DNA of 64,000 nt from Candidatus Bathyarchaeota archaeon (GCA_963733095.1 CAVTBV010000002.1:32001-96000); one strand, 5' to 3'. Counted from the stretch's first letter, positions 18,827 through 28,951 are shown. Translations and numbers: made by a program. Notes: generated by a model from the letters alone, not told the origin.

Positions 18827-19837
18827 ATGAAAAAAATCATAGCTTACATTCTTATTTTTCTCACTGCCTGCTCGATGAGTGCTATTTTGGTTCCTAGCGC
18901 CCACAGCCAAACCGACAACGTCAAAATCGTGAGCTACAGCTACTACCTCGACTCAAGCTATTTCCTCAACGTAGTCGGCGAAGTTCAAAATGTGGGCACC
19001 AACACGGTTGACCCTGTGTTTTTAACAGGTGTCGTAACTACACCGGGTGGTCAGACGCAGAATTCTTATACGCAGGTTTGGGTTTCGGACTTGGTTCCTG
19101 GTCAAAAGGCACCTTTTGATATGATATTTTATCCTTTGCAAAACACTAATGGTTGGTTCCTCGACGAAGTTGGAGACATCAGCTTAACGGTTGCCATAGC
19201 AAACGCAACTTCTAATTATCAATACCCTGACTTAGCCATAACAAGCAGCTCCGGCGCAGTCGGCGACAGCGGCAATTACAGCGGCGCCTACGTCGTTAAC
19301 GGCGTCATAACGAACACGGGTACACAAGCCGCGACCAACTTAACAGTAGTTGGAGCCTTCTTTAACTCAACCGGCGCCGTGGTTGCGGTAGGATACACAA
19401 ATTACCTAACGCCCACCGTTCTTGAGCCTTCTGCGACCCTGCCCTTCCAGATTGCAGCCTTTGACATAAACCAAACAAACGTGCCGGCAGCCATGAAAAT
19501 CACAAGCTACTCACTGTTGGTGCAAACGGAGGAGCCGATTTTGAAGGGGACCGCTCCGCAGGCTACACCATACACGGGTTCGGGCAGCGGAGAGCATAAT
19601 CCAACACCCACCCTTGCACCAGGACAAACTTCACAGAACAGTTCAGGTTCCAATATCCTGGGTGGATCCCAAACAAACACGTTCATCTACGCGGCAGTGC
19701 TTGCAGTAATCATTGTAGTGATTGCGACGGCTTTCCTAGTCTTTAGAAAAAAACGCGGCACCTCCGAATCAGCCGCCCCAGCTGAGAAACCTGCACCTGT
19801 CTATAAGCCAAAGCCTACCCGAAGAAACCGAAAGTAG
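18827..19837 (+). CDS. Surface protein with two FxLYD-like Ig-fold domains and C-terminal TM anchor
   Basis: Signal peptide; VVGEVQNVG...LVPGQKAPF and VNGVITNTG...AFFNSTG repeats; TM followed by RKKR. Confidence 0.75.
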   Translation: MKKIIAYILIFLTACSMSAILVPSAHSQTDNVKIVSYSYYLDSSYFLNVVGEVQNVGTNTVDPVFLTGVVTTPGGQTQNSYTQVWVSDLVPGQKAPFDMIFYPLQNTNGWFLDEVGDISLTVAIANATSNYQYPDLAITSSSGAVGDSGNYSGAYVVNGVITNTGTQAATNLTVVGAFFNSTGAVVAVGYTNYLTPTVLEPSATLPFQIAAFDINQTNVPAAMKITSYSLLVQTEEPILKGTAPQATPYTGSGSGEHNPTPTLAPGQTSQNSSGSNILGGSQTNTFIYAAVLAVIIVVIATAFLVFRKKRGTSESAAPAEKPAPVYKPKPTRRNRK

Positions 19838-19950
19838 CCACCAACCTTCTTTTCAGATTTTTTAATTTTTAAAAAAAACCTTGAAATTGCAGTTAACGAT
19901 TCAGCTCTAATCTTGGTCGATTGCAGAATAGTTAATTATGCTTTAGTTAA

Positions 19951-20847
19951 GTGTGCCAGACTTTAAATATTTCCAGTATACAATGCATAACTATGAGTTT
20001 CAGACCGCAAACAGGTTCACGCCGAGGTGCAGCAGGCAAACAATTCTCTAAAACTGAGCATGCCAAAAAAACAAAGGAAAAAAAGCAACGGACAGGCGCC
20101 AAGTACCTGCGAGAAGAAACCCCGCAGGTTTCTGCACAAGAGGAAGCTGAGAAGACCCTTAATAGCTTGGGCAAGTTGGGGAACCAAATTTTTGCGCTCT
20201 CTCCATTTAGCCAATACTTTGATGATTGGCTTGTTAACCTGCGGCAGGTAGTTTCAGAGTTTGAATCCAACTCAGCCATAATGGCTGATGAACAATTTGT
20301 AAAAGAGCGTGTCCAGATTTTTCTGGATGTTGAAGGAGCGCTTGCCGAGAATAGGCTTGCTGAATCAAACATTACTGCAGAAGCAAAAGCCTTAGCTGAC
20401 AATAACCACCTCATTGTTGAAGCGGACAAAGAATATGCTGAAACAACAAGGGACCGCAGCAATAAGCGGAATTCGGAAGTCCAACGGTTATCCAATAAAA
20501 TCCGTGAACTCGAAGAACTACTATCGGCACAGCAGGAAGTGAAAATCAGCTTCTACAAGTTCAGTGCAAAACGAAAAGCAGCCGAACAGTTGGCTCAGAC
20601 AACCCAGGACCTCAAATCAGCAAAAAATGAGTTAGAAGTAACACTGCAAACCTTTACAGCTGAGCAAGAAAAACTCCATGATAACTACCAGAAACGCAAG
20701 CAGGAACTTAACGAAAACTCTGACCGCCTCCACAAAGAACTTGAGAAACTTGAAACTGACACCTCTACCGAGGCAAGGCAAGCAGCATGCAATGCGTTGG
20801 TTTGTGCCATAAACGCTTTGCTCAAGAGGATGCCACCGACGAGCTGA
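19951..20847 (+). CDS. Coiled-coil hypothetical protein (likely start ATG 19993)
   Basis: Long E/K/Q/L-rich helical ORF. Confidence 0.65.
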   Translation: MCQTLNISSIQCITMSFRPQTGSRRGAAGKQFSKTEHAKKTKEKKQRTGAKYLREETPQVSAQEEAEKTLNSLGKLGNQIFALSPFSQYFDDWLVNLRQVVSEFESNSAIMADEQFVKERVQIFLDVEGALAENRLAESNITAEAKALADNNHLIVEADKEYAETTRDRSNKRNSEVQRLSNKIRELEELLSAQQEVKISFYKFSAKRKAAEQLAQTTQDLKSAKNELEVTLQTFTAEQEKLHDNYQKRKQELNENSDRLHKELEKLETDTSTEARQAACNALVCAINALLKRMPPTS

Positions 20848-20963
20848 GCTTTAAGTGTTTTTGAAACTATATTCTTAGTTAAAAAAAAGACTTAAAATCT
20901 AAAAAATTGAATTGTAATTTGTTTAGATAAAAGTAAACAACTTTCTTGATTTTTTCTAAAAAG

Positions 20964-21029
20964 CAATCGATTTATTGTCAAATAGACATAGTTATTGACA
21001 CATTCCAGATTTCATTTGGGATACGAGAA
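20964..21029 (+). repeat. Composite site homologous to 10720-10792, at left edge of island 2
   Basis: TTTATTGTCAAATA 20971-84; similar spacer ATTGAC...CAGATTTCA; TTTGGGATACGAGAA 21015-29. Confidence 0.6.
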
Positions 21030-21282
21030 GTTTCAAATAAAAGTTATATTAAGGTTATGAAAAAAATTGTAATTTACGGCAAACGTTTTAAGGATTTACG
21101 GTTGGTTTGTATCTGTTAGATATCTTTTTTCTTTATTTCACCAATAGAAAAAAAGTTCTTTCACCGCAAATTAAATGGGTGTTGACTTGTGATAGATGCA
21201 GTTTTATATAGAAAATTTATTCGTTGGTGATTTCTCCACTCCGCACCCAACCCCTTTTTTTCTTTTTTTGGAGGCTTCTTAG

Positions 21283-21477
21283 TTGACTAGCGAAGCCGAG
21301 TTTACGGTTTCGGGCTTTAAAAGCCGCAAGCGTGAACACCGAGCCGACAAAGGCAAAAAACACAACTATCCAGAGGTCCGAGAAGCGCCTTATACCTACT
21401 GCAAAAAGCGGCGCTTAGGGAAAGCAAAGAATGTCAGAGGCTACCAGTTACCCATGACTGTTTTTGTTCGCAATTAA
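21283..21477 (+). CDS. Small basic hypothetical protein
   Basis: GGAGG RBS upstream of TTG; K/R-rich (RKREHRADKGKKH). Confidence 0.45.
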   Translation: MTSEAEFTVSGFKSRKREHRADKGKKHNYPEVREAPYTYCKKRRLGKAKNVRGYQLPMTVFVRN

Positions 21478-21820
21478 CGCGAAAGCTTTGGCGATGGATT
21501 AAAATTTAATCCAACCAACCAACCATATGAATGTTAACGATGGTTGCCTATGTTTTGTAAAAAACAGATGGTTAGGTTATGGGTGTATACTGGATTCTGT
21601 AGGTATAGGATATGGATATAGATAGTAGATAGATAGTATCGAAATCGAGTATACACTTACGCTAAGTGAAAATAAGCCGTTCTAAACCTAAAGACAAGTG
21701 TTAAAAGTACTAGCATCTCAATAAAAACTACTCTCAAAATAATCAAAGCTAATTAGCTCAAGAAAGTTTGACTAATCCCAGTAAAGAAACTTTTACGAAT
21801 AGCCTTATATTTCAAACGAT

Positions 21821-22906
21821 TTGAAATTGGTTATGGTAATAGCCGTGATTAAGAAATTAATCATTGTATTGTTGTGCCTTCTAATGCTCTGCGTTTATGG
21901 GTTTTCTAATCCTGCAAGAGCACAGTCTGAATATGTTGGAGTTCTAACGATTAATCCTGACGGCAGCATGAGCCCCGTTATACCTCAGATTAAGCAAACT
22001 GGCAACAACTATGAACTAACAACGGATGTTAAGGCACAAATTCAAATCTTCATCCACAAAAGTGACATAGTTTTCGACGGACACGGTCACGTTTTAGGTG
22101 ACGGCAAAACTGGAAACATAATGATTGGAAATTATGAAGGACCGGTGTGCTCTAATGTGACTATTAAGAACTCCATCCTTAATCAGACAGTTACAAATCC
22201 CATTTCAATTTATAATTCAGTTAATGTAACTATTGAAAACAATACGGTAACTGGAAGTTACATTATTTTTGGGCAGACAACTGGAATTTTTCTTAGGAAC
22301 AGCAATTCATCAAAAATAATTGGAAACACTATACAGGGCACTATGTGTGGCATCGATTTGATAAATAGCCGAGATAATTCAATTGTAGGGAACACTGTTC
22401 ACGCTATTAGTGATTGGACATGGAATCATTTTCCAGCCGCAATAATGCTTGACATATACTATGCTGAAATCGATACTTATGCGTCTGGATCGTCAAATAA
22501 CCTGATTTATGGCAACGCTTTTTCAAGTAACAGAAATTTGACAGCGATAAATGGTTATCCAAACAATTTGTGGGATAATGGCAGTATCGGAAACTATTGG
22601 AGTGACTATTCAATAAGGTATCCAAACGCAACCGAAGTTGATTCTACAGGGATAGGAAATACACCGTACGTTATTAATGAAAGCAACGTTGACCACTACC
22701 CCCTCACTCAACCCGAAGATATTAACTCAGTAATTCCAACCCCAACTCCTTCTGTTCCAGAATTTTCTTGGTTGATGATTACACCCCTATTCCTTTCAAT
22801 ACTCTCCGTTGTAGTGCTATTAAGAAAGAGAATGTTTGGCGGTTCACACAACAATATAGCTAACCTTCCATCATTTTCAAATAACAAATTAGTTGAACCA
22901 AAATGA
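21821..22906 (+). CDS. NosD/parallel beta-helix surface protein with PEF-CTERM anchor
   Basis: TINPDGS, FDGHGH, N-rich PbH repeats, GNYWSDY, GIGNTPY, DHYPL, VPEF+TM+RKR. Confidence 0.85.
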   Translation: MKLVMVIAVIKKLIIVLLCLLMLCVYGFSNPARAQSEYVGVLTINPDGSMSPVIPQIKQTGNNYELTTDVKAQIQIFIHKSDIVFDGHGHVLGDGKTGNIMIGNYEGPVCSNVTIKNSILNQTVTNPISIYNSVNVTIENNTVTGSYIIFGQTTGIFLRNSNSSKIIGNTIQGTMCGIDLINSRDNSIVGNTVHAISDWTWNHFPAAIMLDIYYAEIDTYASGSSNNLIYGNAFSSNRNLTAINGYPNNLWDNGSIGNYWSDYSIRYPNATEVDSTGIGNTPYVINESNVDHYPLTQPEDINSVIPTPTPSVPEFSWLMITPLFLSILSVVVLLRKRMFGGSHNNIANLPSFSNNKLVEPK

Positions 22907-23724
22907 AGAAAACAGTAAGCATCGTCCTGATTTTGATTTCACTCATAATGGTAAGTCTATTTTGCAATCTACCTATTGAGGCTCAAACTCAAAATGTAGA
23001 ACCATTGTTTTCAAAAAACCTATTTAATGTTGAATTGTTATACGCTTATGTTCAATCTGGTGCTAAGACTGCAGTTGCCATCGTCAACTTCACCAAAGCT
23101 CTCGATGCCACTCTATCGAATTATTCAGGTGTGACCGAAATCTATACTGTCCATGTTTTTTCAGAAGGTAACCTTGTAAGTGGAAATACGAAAATTGGGG
23201 GAATAGTTGGTAACAGCTCAGTACCAGGGAATATTCTTTTAGATTTAGGTATGGATGGGAGTTTCTCTTCCAGATTCAATGTTGGTTTGGAGACTTTTAC
23301 AATTTACTACAGGTTTACCGATTACCCCGTTTTGAATGAACCTATCTCGGTAAGTCTGATTAGACTTGGTTGGATTACTTCTCAGGGCAACAATTCTGAA
23401 GTTCACATTTCAAGCCAAGACCAAGAAACGATTAAGCAAGTAGAACTTTCAAAGTACGAACATGGCTTCCTATACAACACTCTACTCTCACAAGAACAGC
23501 TTACAAGACTCGACCCTTTCAAGCCCTTAGCTTCTTACAATACGACACCTCTACCAAGTCCAACTCCTTCTGTTCCAGAATTTTCTTGGTTGATTATTCT
23601 ACAACTATTCCTTGCCATACTCTCTATTGTTGTCCTAATTAGAAAGAGCAAGTATCTTGGCTTAAGTCAGAACAACTATTCACTGAGAAAGTGGAAATGT
23701 TTGAGGTTTCTCAATACAATTTAG
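22903..23724 (+). CDS. Secreted protein with PEF-CTERM anchor
   Basis: Signal peptide; PTPSVPEFSWL+TM+RKSK. Confidence 0.75.
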   Translation: MKKTVSIVLILISLIMVSLFCNLPIEAQTQNVEPLFSKNLFNVELLYAYVQSGAKTAVAIVNFTKALDATLSNYSGVTEIYTVHVFSEGNLVSGNTKIGGIVGNSSVPGNILLDLGMDGSFSSRFNVGLETFTIYYRFTDYPVLNEPISVSLIRLGWITSQGNNSEVHISSQDQETIKQVELSKYEHGFLYNTLLSQEQLTRLDPFKPLASYNTTPLPSPTPSVPEFSWLIILQLFLAILSIVVLIRKSKYLGLSQNNYSLRKWKCLRFLNTI

Positions 23725-23839
23725 TTAAAGAAACTTTAACTATTATTGTGTTCCAGTTTGGAACAACCCACTGTTTGCTTGTTCTTTGAATAGAACTATA
23801 AGCTGTTGCCTCTGTTAATTATTTAGATGAAGTAAGAAA

Positions 23840-24532
23840 ATGCAAAAAATAAGACTTGCCTTTGCTATACTAACTTCTGTTTTAGTGATAATTTTCTTAA
23901 TGCAAACCATAGCTCAAGTGACAGTGGTGGACGCTAATCCTATCCCTTATCCCGCTACCCCAAGTACCGAGCTACCTGATTTAACTGTTCAAAATCCAGA
24001 CGCCACTTCACTCCTATACGCTAACAACACTTTGGAACTCCACTTTAACGTCACTAAACCCCAATCTTGGAACTCATACTACCATAATGTGGCTCCCCTT
24101 GTTGGAGTAGCATGGGTCTACCTCTATCTCGACGGCGTAATTAATCAAACCTATCCAGCGAAATATGACACCCTCGACCAATACACTACTGTCTTAGCAA
24201 ACTTAACCCAACAACAGCACACCGTTTGGATAGACGTCTACTGTTTACTATACTCCCAACTCGGATTTTCAAACGCGAGTGTCAGCCAAACATTAACCTT
24301 TACAATTAATGCTCAAAAACAAACGATTGCCTTTCATGAAGACCCCATTGTGACATCCCGACCAGCTATAGATTCAACAGTAGCTCCCAGCCCTCCACCG
24401 CCAACACCAACCCCGACAACCACGCCAACATCGACCGTTCCAGAGTTTTCTTGGCTGATAATTATACCACTATTCCTTTCAACATTTTTTATTGTAGTCT
24501 TATTTACAAAGAGAAAGTTGAGTAATAACTAA
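23840..24532 (+). CDS. Secreted Ig-like protein with PEF-CTERM anchor
   Basis: Signal peptide; FNVTKP, YLDG, QHTV; Pro/Thr linker; VPEFSWL+TM+KRK. Confidence 0.78.
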   Translation: MQKIRLAFAILTSVLVIIFLMQTIAQVTVVDANPIPYPATPSTELPDLTVQNPDATSLLYANNTLELHFNVTKPQSWNSYYHNVAPLVGVAWVYLYLDGVINQTYPAKYDTLDQYTTVLANLTQQQHTVWIDVYCLLYSQLGFSNASVSQTLTFTINAQKQTIAFHEDPIVTSRPAIDSTVAPSPPPPTPTPTTTPTSTVPEFSWLIIIPLFLSTFFIVVLFTKRKLSNN

Positions 24533-24919
24533 TCTTCCTATTCTTTTGTTCGTCTGTCTGTTTGTTTGATAGATTGATTGATTGTTTTAGGGGGGGAGTA
24601 AGAGAGAGAGAGTAAGAATAAAGTAGTGGTAGTCGTAGCGTTTGGGTTTGGGTTTGGGGATTAAAATTTAGTCTTTCTCTCTCTAACTCATACGCTTACG
24701 AATACAAACGTACTCTCTCACTCACGCACCCGCGTGCGCGCCTAACGTGTCTGTCTATCACTGCACTGACTGTCTCTAAATTCCTAATTAAACAATCTCC
24801 CTTTCTCAGAAAAAACAAAGATAGCAAGTCTTAAGAGTTAATTTGGCTGATTAAAAACTATGGCAGAAATGATTATAGCTCTATCGACAGGTTCTTTTAC
24901 TGTTAGGTGAGTTAACTAA

Positions 24920-25765
24920 TTGGATTCCAAGAAACCCAACATTGTAACAAAAAAAATCAAAACTGTCAGTGCTGAAGAAGTAGCTGATTTGTTTAAACGA
25001 AAACAAATGGTTACAACATCTCGCTGGATCACTTTTTCTTTAGAGAATACGTTACCAACGGAACAAGATTTGTTTGATTTGCTTGATACTCTGAAAATAG
25101 AGGTCCGAACATACAGACAAGAATACTGCCAAGACTCAGATTTCAAGGAGAGTTGCTATCAGTTTATTTGGGAAACAATAATAGGTGCGCTTACTAGTGA
25201 CGTTAAAAAATTCAATAAATTAACTGGAGAATTAATCCCAATTATAAGTAGAATTATTCAAACAAATATGGTATTGGAAGATATTGTAAAAGTGGCTGAG
25301 AAACTCGAAATGAAACCCAAGTATTACATGATTTGTTTTTATTTCTTAATATTGATGGAAGGTAGTTTCAAGAATGTCTTGAAGAATCTTCGAGCAATGA
25401 AGGGAATTTCCTCTGGAAAAGACGTCTCAATAACTGAGACTCTGGGAGTGCAATTCGAAAAAACTATTGAAGGAGAAAATGACTTCAAAAATGCCTTGCC
25501 AAACAGATTAAAAAATGGAATCCATAATAATTTAAGGAATTCAATTGCACATGGAAATTTCCAATATAGTGATGAAGAGAATAAAATCGAATTTTGGGAT
25601 TTGCTCCCTAGGACACATCAATATACTCTAAAACCTACAAAACTCACATTTGAGGAATTCTCGAGATATATAGTGGAAATAAACCTCTTTTGTGAGATCT
25701 TCGGTTTCATAATCTTGTCTTTACTAGCTGTAGAAGATATTAGAATACGTCGTCGCATTAAATGA
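24920..25765 (+). CDS. Hypothetical protein with HEPN-like RxxxxH motif
   Basis: NLRNSIAHGN in a helical C-terminal domain. Confidence 0.55.
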   Translation: MDSKKPNIVTKKIKTVSAEEVADLFKRKQMVTTSRWITFSLENTLPTEQDLFDLLDTLKIEVRTYRQEYCQDSDFKESCYQFIWETIIGALTSDVKKFNKLTGELIPIISRIIQTNMVLEDIVKVAEKLEMKPKYYMICFYFLILMEGSFKNVLKNLRAMKGISSGKDVSITETLGVQFEKTIEGENDFKNALPNRLKNGIHNNLRNSIAHGNFQYSDEENKIEFWDLLPRTHQYTLKPTKLTFEEFSRYIVEINLFCEIFGFIILSLLAVEDIRIRRRIK

Positions 25766-25862
25766 TCGGTTGGAATTTGTGTGTGTTTTATATTTTTGTT
25801 TTTGTTGAGAGAGTGTTAGATAGAGAGGTTTCTTAATCTCAAACTTTTTCATCTCTCAAAGC

Positions 25863-26573
25863 TTACCATAAGAACAAAATCAGAAGAAAAGCTACGACTA
25901 ATGACGAGGCGAAAACAACAAAATGCCCAACGTTTTTATTGCACGGATATTTGGGGTCTGAAAAAGAAATAAACCATGTTATTGGCAACCAGAGAACCTT
26001 GCTCTCATGAGACAATCTTGAAGCGGCTATTTCTATAACCCACATGGCTCTATTTCTGTATGCCTTTAAATCGTCTTCATCTTTCGCATAGTCAACGACC
26101 ACTTGCCTTGCATCTTTTGTTGTTATATAGGCAGCCTCACTACTCAGAGTTCCAAAAACAGCAAATCTAAAAATTGCCCGAAGGATAAGAAAAATAATGA
26201 TTGATACACCCATAAACAAGAAAATAACTTTTAAAAAATCCCATAGCTGAGGACTATTGCCGAACACTATTATTGTTGGAAAGTTAGCGAATATTTCACT
26301 CAATTTTGAAACCTTAGATGCTTGAGCTAATCCCAAAAGAGTAAAGAGACCAGTAACAAAACCAATTAACCGAATAGCCTGAGAGTTCTGCAGTGTAGTA
26401 TAATGTTCAAAAAGACTCTTTTTCAAATCTTCCAAGGGGTCTTTGCCATCGTTGTCTTTCCATAGCGCTTGTATCTTGTCATCTGTTAGTTTAAAATGGT
26501 CTACCAACATCTCCACCGATTGACCGTATATGTTGATGAGCGCTTTTATGCTTTTATTATGGAAGTGATTCAA
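25863..26573 (-). CDS. Hypothetical multi-TM membrane protein
   Basis: Three or more hydrophobic segments. Confidence 0.6.
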   Translation of the reverse strand: MNHFHNKSIKALINIYGQSVEMLVDHFKLTDDKIQALWKDNDGKDPLEDLKKSLFEHYTTLQNSQAIRLIGFVTGLFTLLGLAQASKVSKLSEIFANFPTIIVFGNSPQLWDFLKVIFLFMGVSIIIFLILRAIFRFAVFGTLSSEAAYITTKDARQVVVDYAKDEDDLKAYRNRAMWVIEIAASRLSHESKVLWLPITWFISFSDPKYPCNKNVGHFVVFASSLVVAFLLILFLW

Positions 26574-26912
26574 AAATAGAAGTTTAGAAAACAGGTGCCC
26601 CTTGAAGGAAAAAAGCTATCTAATTACCTGACTATTTTAAAATTTGGGAGTCTTGGAACCCAGTCTTTTCGTTCATTTCTTAGAAATTTTGCAAACAAAA
26701 GAGCCTCTTCGCAAATAAGAGTATCAATTGTTTGTCTTTTTCCAACTTGATTCTTTCAACATCAACCATGCGCCCAAAGAAAGCGTATGTTTAGAAAAAG
26801 CAGACCAACCAAAGGAAAACAAATAGGCTATTGTTTAGATTAACAACTGCTATGGGAATTTATCCTTAAACCCTACAAGCGGTAAAATGGCTTCAAGACT
26901 GGGGAGTGAAGA

Positions 26913-27089
26913 ATGAAGCCAAAAGTCACAAAGAAAAAACGCGCTAAAATCTTAATGACTGAATTGGAATTGGCAAACAGCGCCTTACTAAATGAACAAC
27001 TCTACAAGGAAATAGGTGCTTACAAGGAACATAAGAAACTTCGAAAACAAATTCATTGCCGCCAAAGCTGGAAGGAGTACACAAGATAA
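26913..27089 (+). CDS. Small basic protein (58 aa; below ORF-track cutoff)
   Basis: GGAGTGA RBS; MKPKVTKKKRAKILMTELEL...WKEYTR*. Confidence 0.45.
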   Translation: MKPKVTKKKRAKILMTELELANSALLNEQLYKEIGAYKEHKKLRKQIHCRQSWKEYTR

Positions 27090-27091
27090 TA

Positions 27092-27251
27092 ATGAAACGC
27101 ACTTATGTTATGCGGCAAGCAAAAGTAACCCGGTGCAACAACCCAGAATGCCCAGTTTGCCATGTTTTAATCAAAAAAAGGCGACATAGTTTTTGTTTCT
27201 GCAACCGGAAAAATCAAGCACCAAAACTGTGATGAGAGGTGCCTAATATAA
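27092..27251 (+). pseudogene. Frameshifted small Zn-finger protein
   Basis: CNNPECPVCHVLIKK continues as GDIVFVSATGKIKHQNC if one A is removed from the A7 run near 27173. Confidence 0.45.
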
Positions 27252-27547
27252 CAAACCAAGCTAACAAATGGGCAAAACACCGCAAACCCGCTTTAATCCG
27301 TAAAGTTTCCCCTAGCAAACATGGCTGTCAACACCGAGGATGCAAAGAAAAACGCGCAAGTAAACTGCAATTTGCACACATCAAACAAACCCCAATTAGC
27401 CGCACAGGTCCACGCGGCAGAAAAGAAAAATGGGCAGACATCAACAAGCACCCACAAGCCTATCGTGTCGAATGCCACAAACACCATTTAACTGATAAAG
27501 CCCCAGCTAAGCATGATGAAAGAATGCGGAGACTTGGACACCACTAA
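27239..27547 (+). CDS. HNH-like small nuclease/Zn-binding protein
   Basis: CQHRGC...LQFAHI...YRVECHKHH...D pattern typical of viral HNH-type proteins. Confidence 0.55.
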   Translation: MPNITNQANKWAKHRKPALIRKVSPSKHGCQHRGCKEKRASKLQFAHIKQTPISRTGPRGRKEKWADINKHPQAYRVECHKHHLTDKAPAKHDERMRRLGHH

Positions 27548-27766
27548 TTTTGTTTAGGGATATGCCGAATTATATATGTTACTTATACAACGGTAAATAA
27601 GGCTTATCCTGCCTCCTTTTCCCAAAAACCTCTTTTTCCGAACCATTAATTACCCTATACTCTAATAATGGGTAAAAGGGTTTAATTTTCGGGTTCTTTC
27701 TAATCTTTAGTTGGTTGAATATCAAACGGAGAAGCATAAAGTAATATCTGAAAGGATGGCACCATA

Positions 27767-28432
27767 CTAACTCAACTTATCCCATTCAACCTTAAACGAT
27801 TGTAGTTCTTTAAACGCAGCTTCTTTTTTAACCATTTCCATCTTGAGGCACTTATCAAGGAAGGTATTAAGCTCTGGATCATGCTTACAAATATTCAACA
27901 AAATTTCGCTTTCACTTACATGCAACGTAAGCACTTTCATAAGAATAAATGCGTCAATTGAATCCCAATCAAGAACCAGAAGACTAGCTTCTTGATCTTT
28001 TTCTACAGGTTTCATATATTCGACAAAAGGATGCAAACGACCATTATTGAAATTGTTGATTGCCATTGTTAATATTCTTAGCAAACATTCGTCTATCTTG
28101 GCTTGTTTAAACAGATACCACTTTTTGAAAAGCAGCGCCTTATCCTGGTATTTGACCATAACGAGCTCAATATCAGTAAGTCTAATCTGACCGAGAACAA
28201 AGAACAAACCTTCAGAGGTTAAACTTAGAATCCTTTTATCTTTACCGCCTTTTTGTGATCGTTCTTCACGAAAAGAAATCAATCCTTCTTTAATGAGGCA
28301 GTGAACATGCTTAACTATTGTCGGATAAGCTAATTTTGTTTCTTTTTTCATATCACTCTGTTTAAATTCTACATGGGTCAAGAAGGGCTTTAGTATTCTT
28401 GTTACTGAATCTTCTTCTGATTTTCGGCTCAT
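27767..28432 (-). CDS. Winged-HTH repressor-like protein
   Basis: QSDMKKETKLAYPTIVKHVHCLIKEGLI...LSLTSEG. Confidence 0.7.
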   Translation of the reverse strand: MSRKSEEDSVTRILKPFLTHVEFKQSDMKKETKLAYPTIVKHVHCLIKEGLISFREERSQKGGKDKRILSLTSEGLFFVLGQIRLTDIELVMVKYQDKALLFKKWYLFKQAKIDECLLRILTMAINNFNNGRLHPFVEYMKPVEKDQEASLLVLDWDSIDAFILMKVLTLHVSESEILLNICKHDPELNTFLDKCLKMEMVKKEAAFKELQSFKVEWDKLS

Positions 28433-28517
28433 ATCAATATCACGATTAATTTAATGATATTTACGTTAGTGTTAATATTATTCAGGTATATAGTCATTAT
28501 GTAAGGTATATGTAAAA

Positions 28518-28703
28518 ATGACGGAAAAAGAAAAAATCAAATGGTGCATTCCAGTTACAAAAACCTTAGATCATGCGCTAGAGCAAGCCGTTACTTTCGA
28601 CAGCCATAGTAGCAAGAGCGAATTTGTCAGGGACGCCGTTAGACGGCGACTTGAACAAATGGGCTTCAATCCTCAAGTTTTTGAACAGAAAAAAGAGGTG
28701 TAA
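28518..28703 (+). CDS. Ribbon-helix-helix (CopG-like) protein
   Basis: WCIPVTKTLDHALEQAV...SKSEFVRDAVRRRLE. Confidence 0.8.
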   Translation: MTEKEKIKWCIPVTKTLDHALEQAVTFDSHSSKSEFVRDAVRRRLEQMGFNPQVFEQKKEV

Positions 28704-28705
28704 GG

Positions 28706-28951
28706 ATGGTAAGAAATGATGGAATAGAAACTAGAAAGAACAGATTAAGAGAAATCCAAAAAATTGTCAATGCTATGCTTTATGAATATAAAGACCAGAA
28801 TTACGCGCCGCTAAAAAAGACCTTAGCCAAAATAATGTGGGAAGGCTACACTAAACCCAAAGCTATGGAATATCTCAACGTTCTAGTTGAAAACGAGATT
28901 TTTGAAATAGACGAAACCTTAGACCAAATAAAAAGACCTGCGATGGTTTGA
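28706..28951 (+). CDS. Small wHTH-like protein
   Basis: GAGGTG RBS; TKPKAMEYLNVLVENEIFEID. Confidence 0.55.
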   Translation: MVRNDGIETRKNRLREIQKIVNAMLYEYKDQNYAPLKKTLAKIMWEGYTKPKAMEYLNVLVENEIFEIDETLDQIKRPAMV

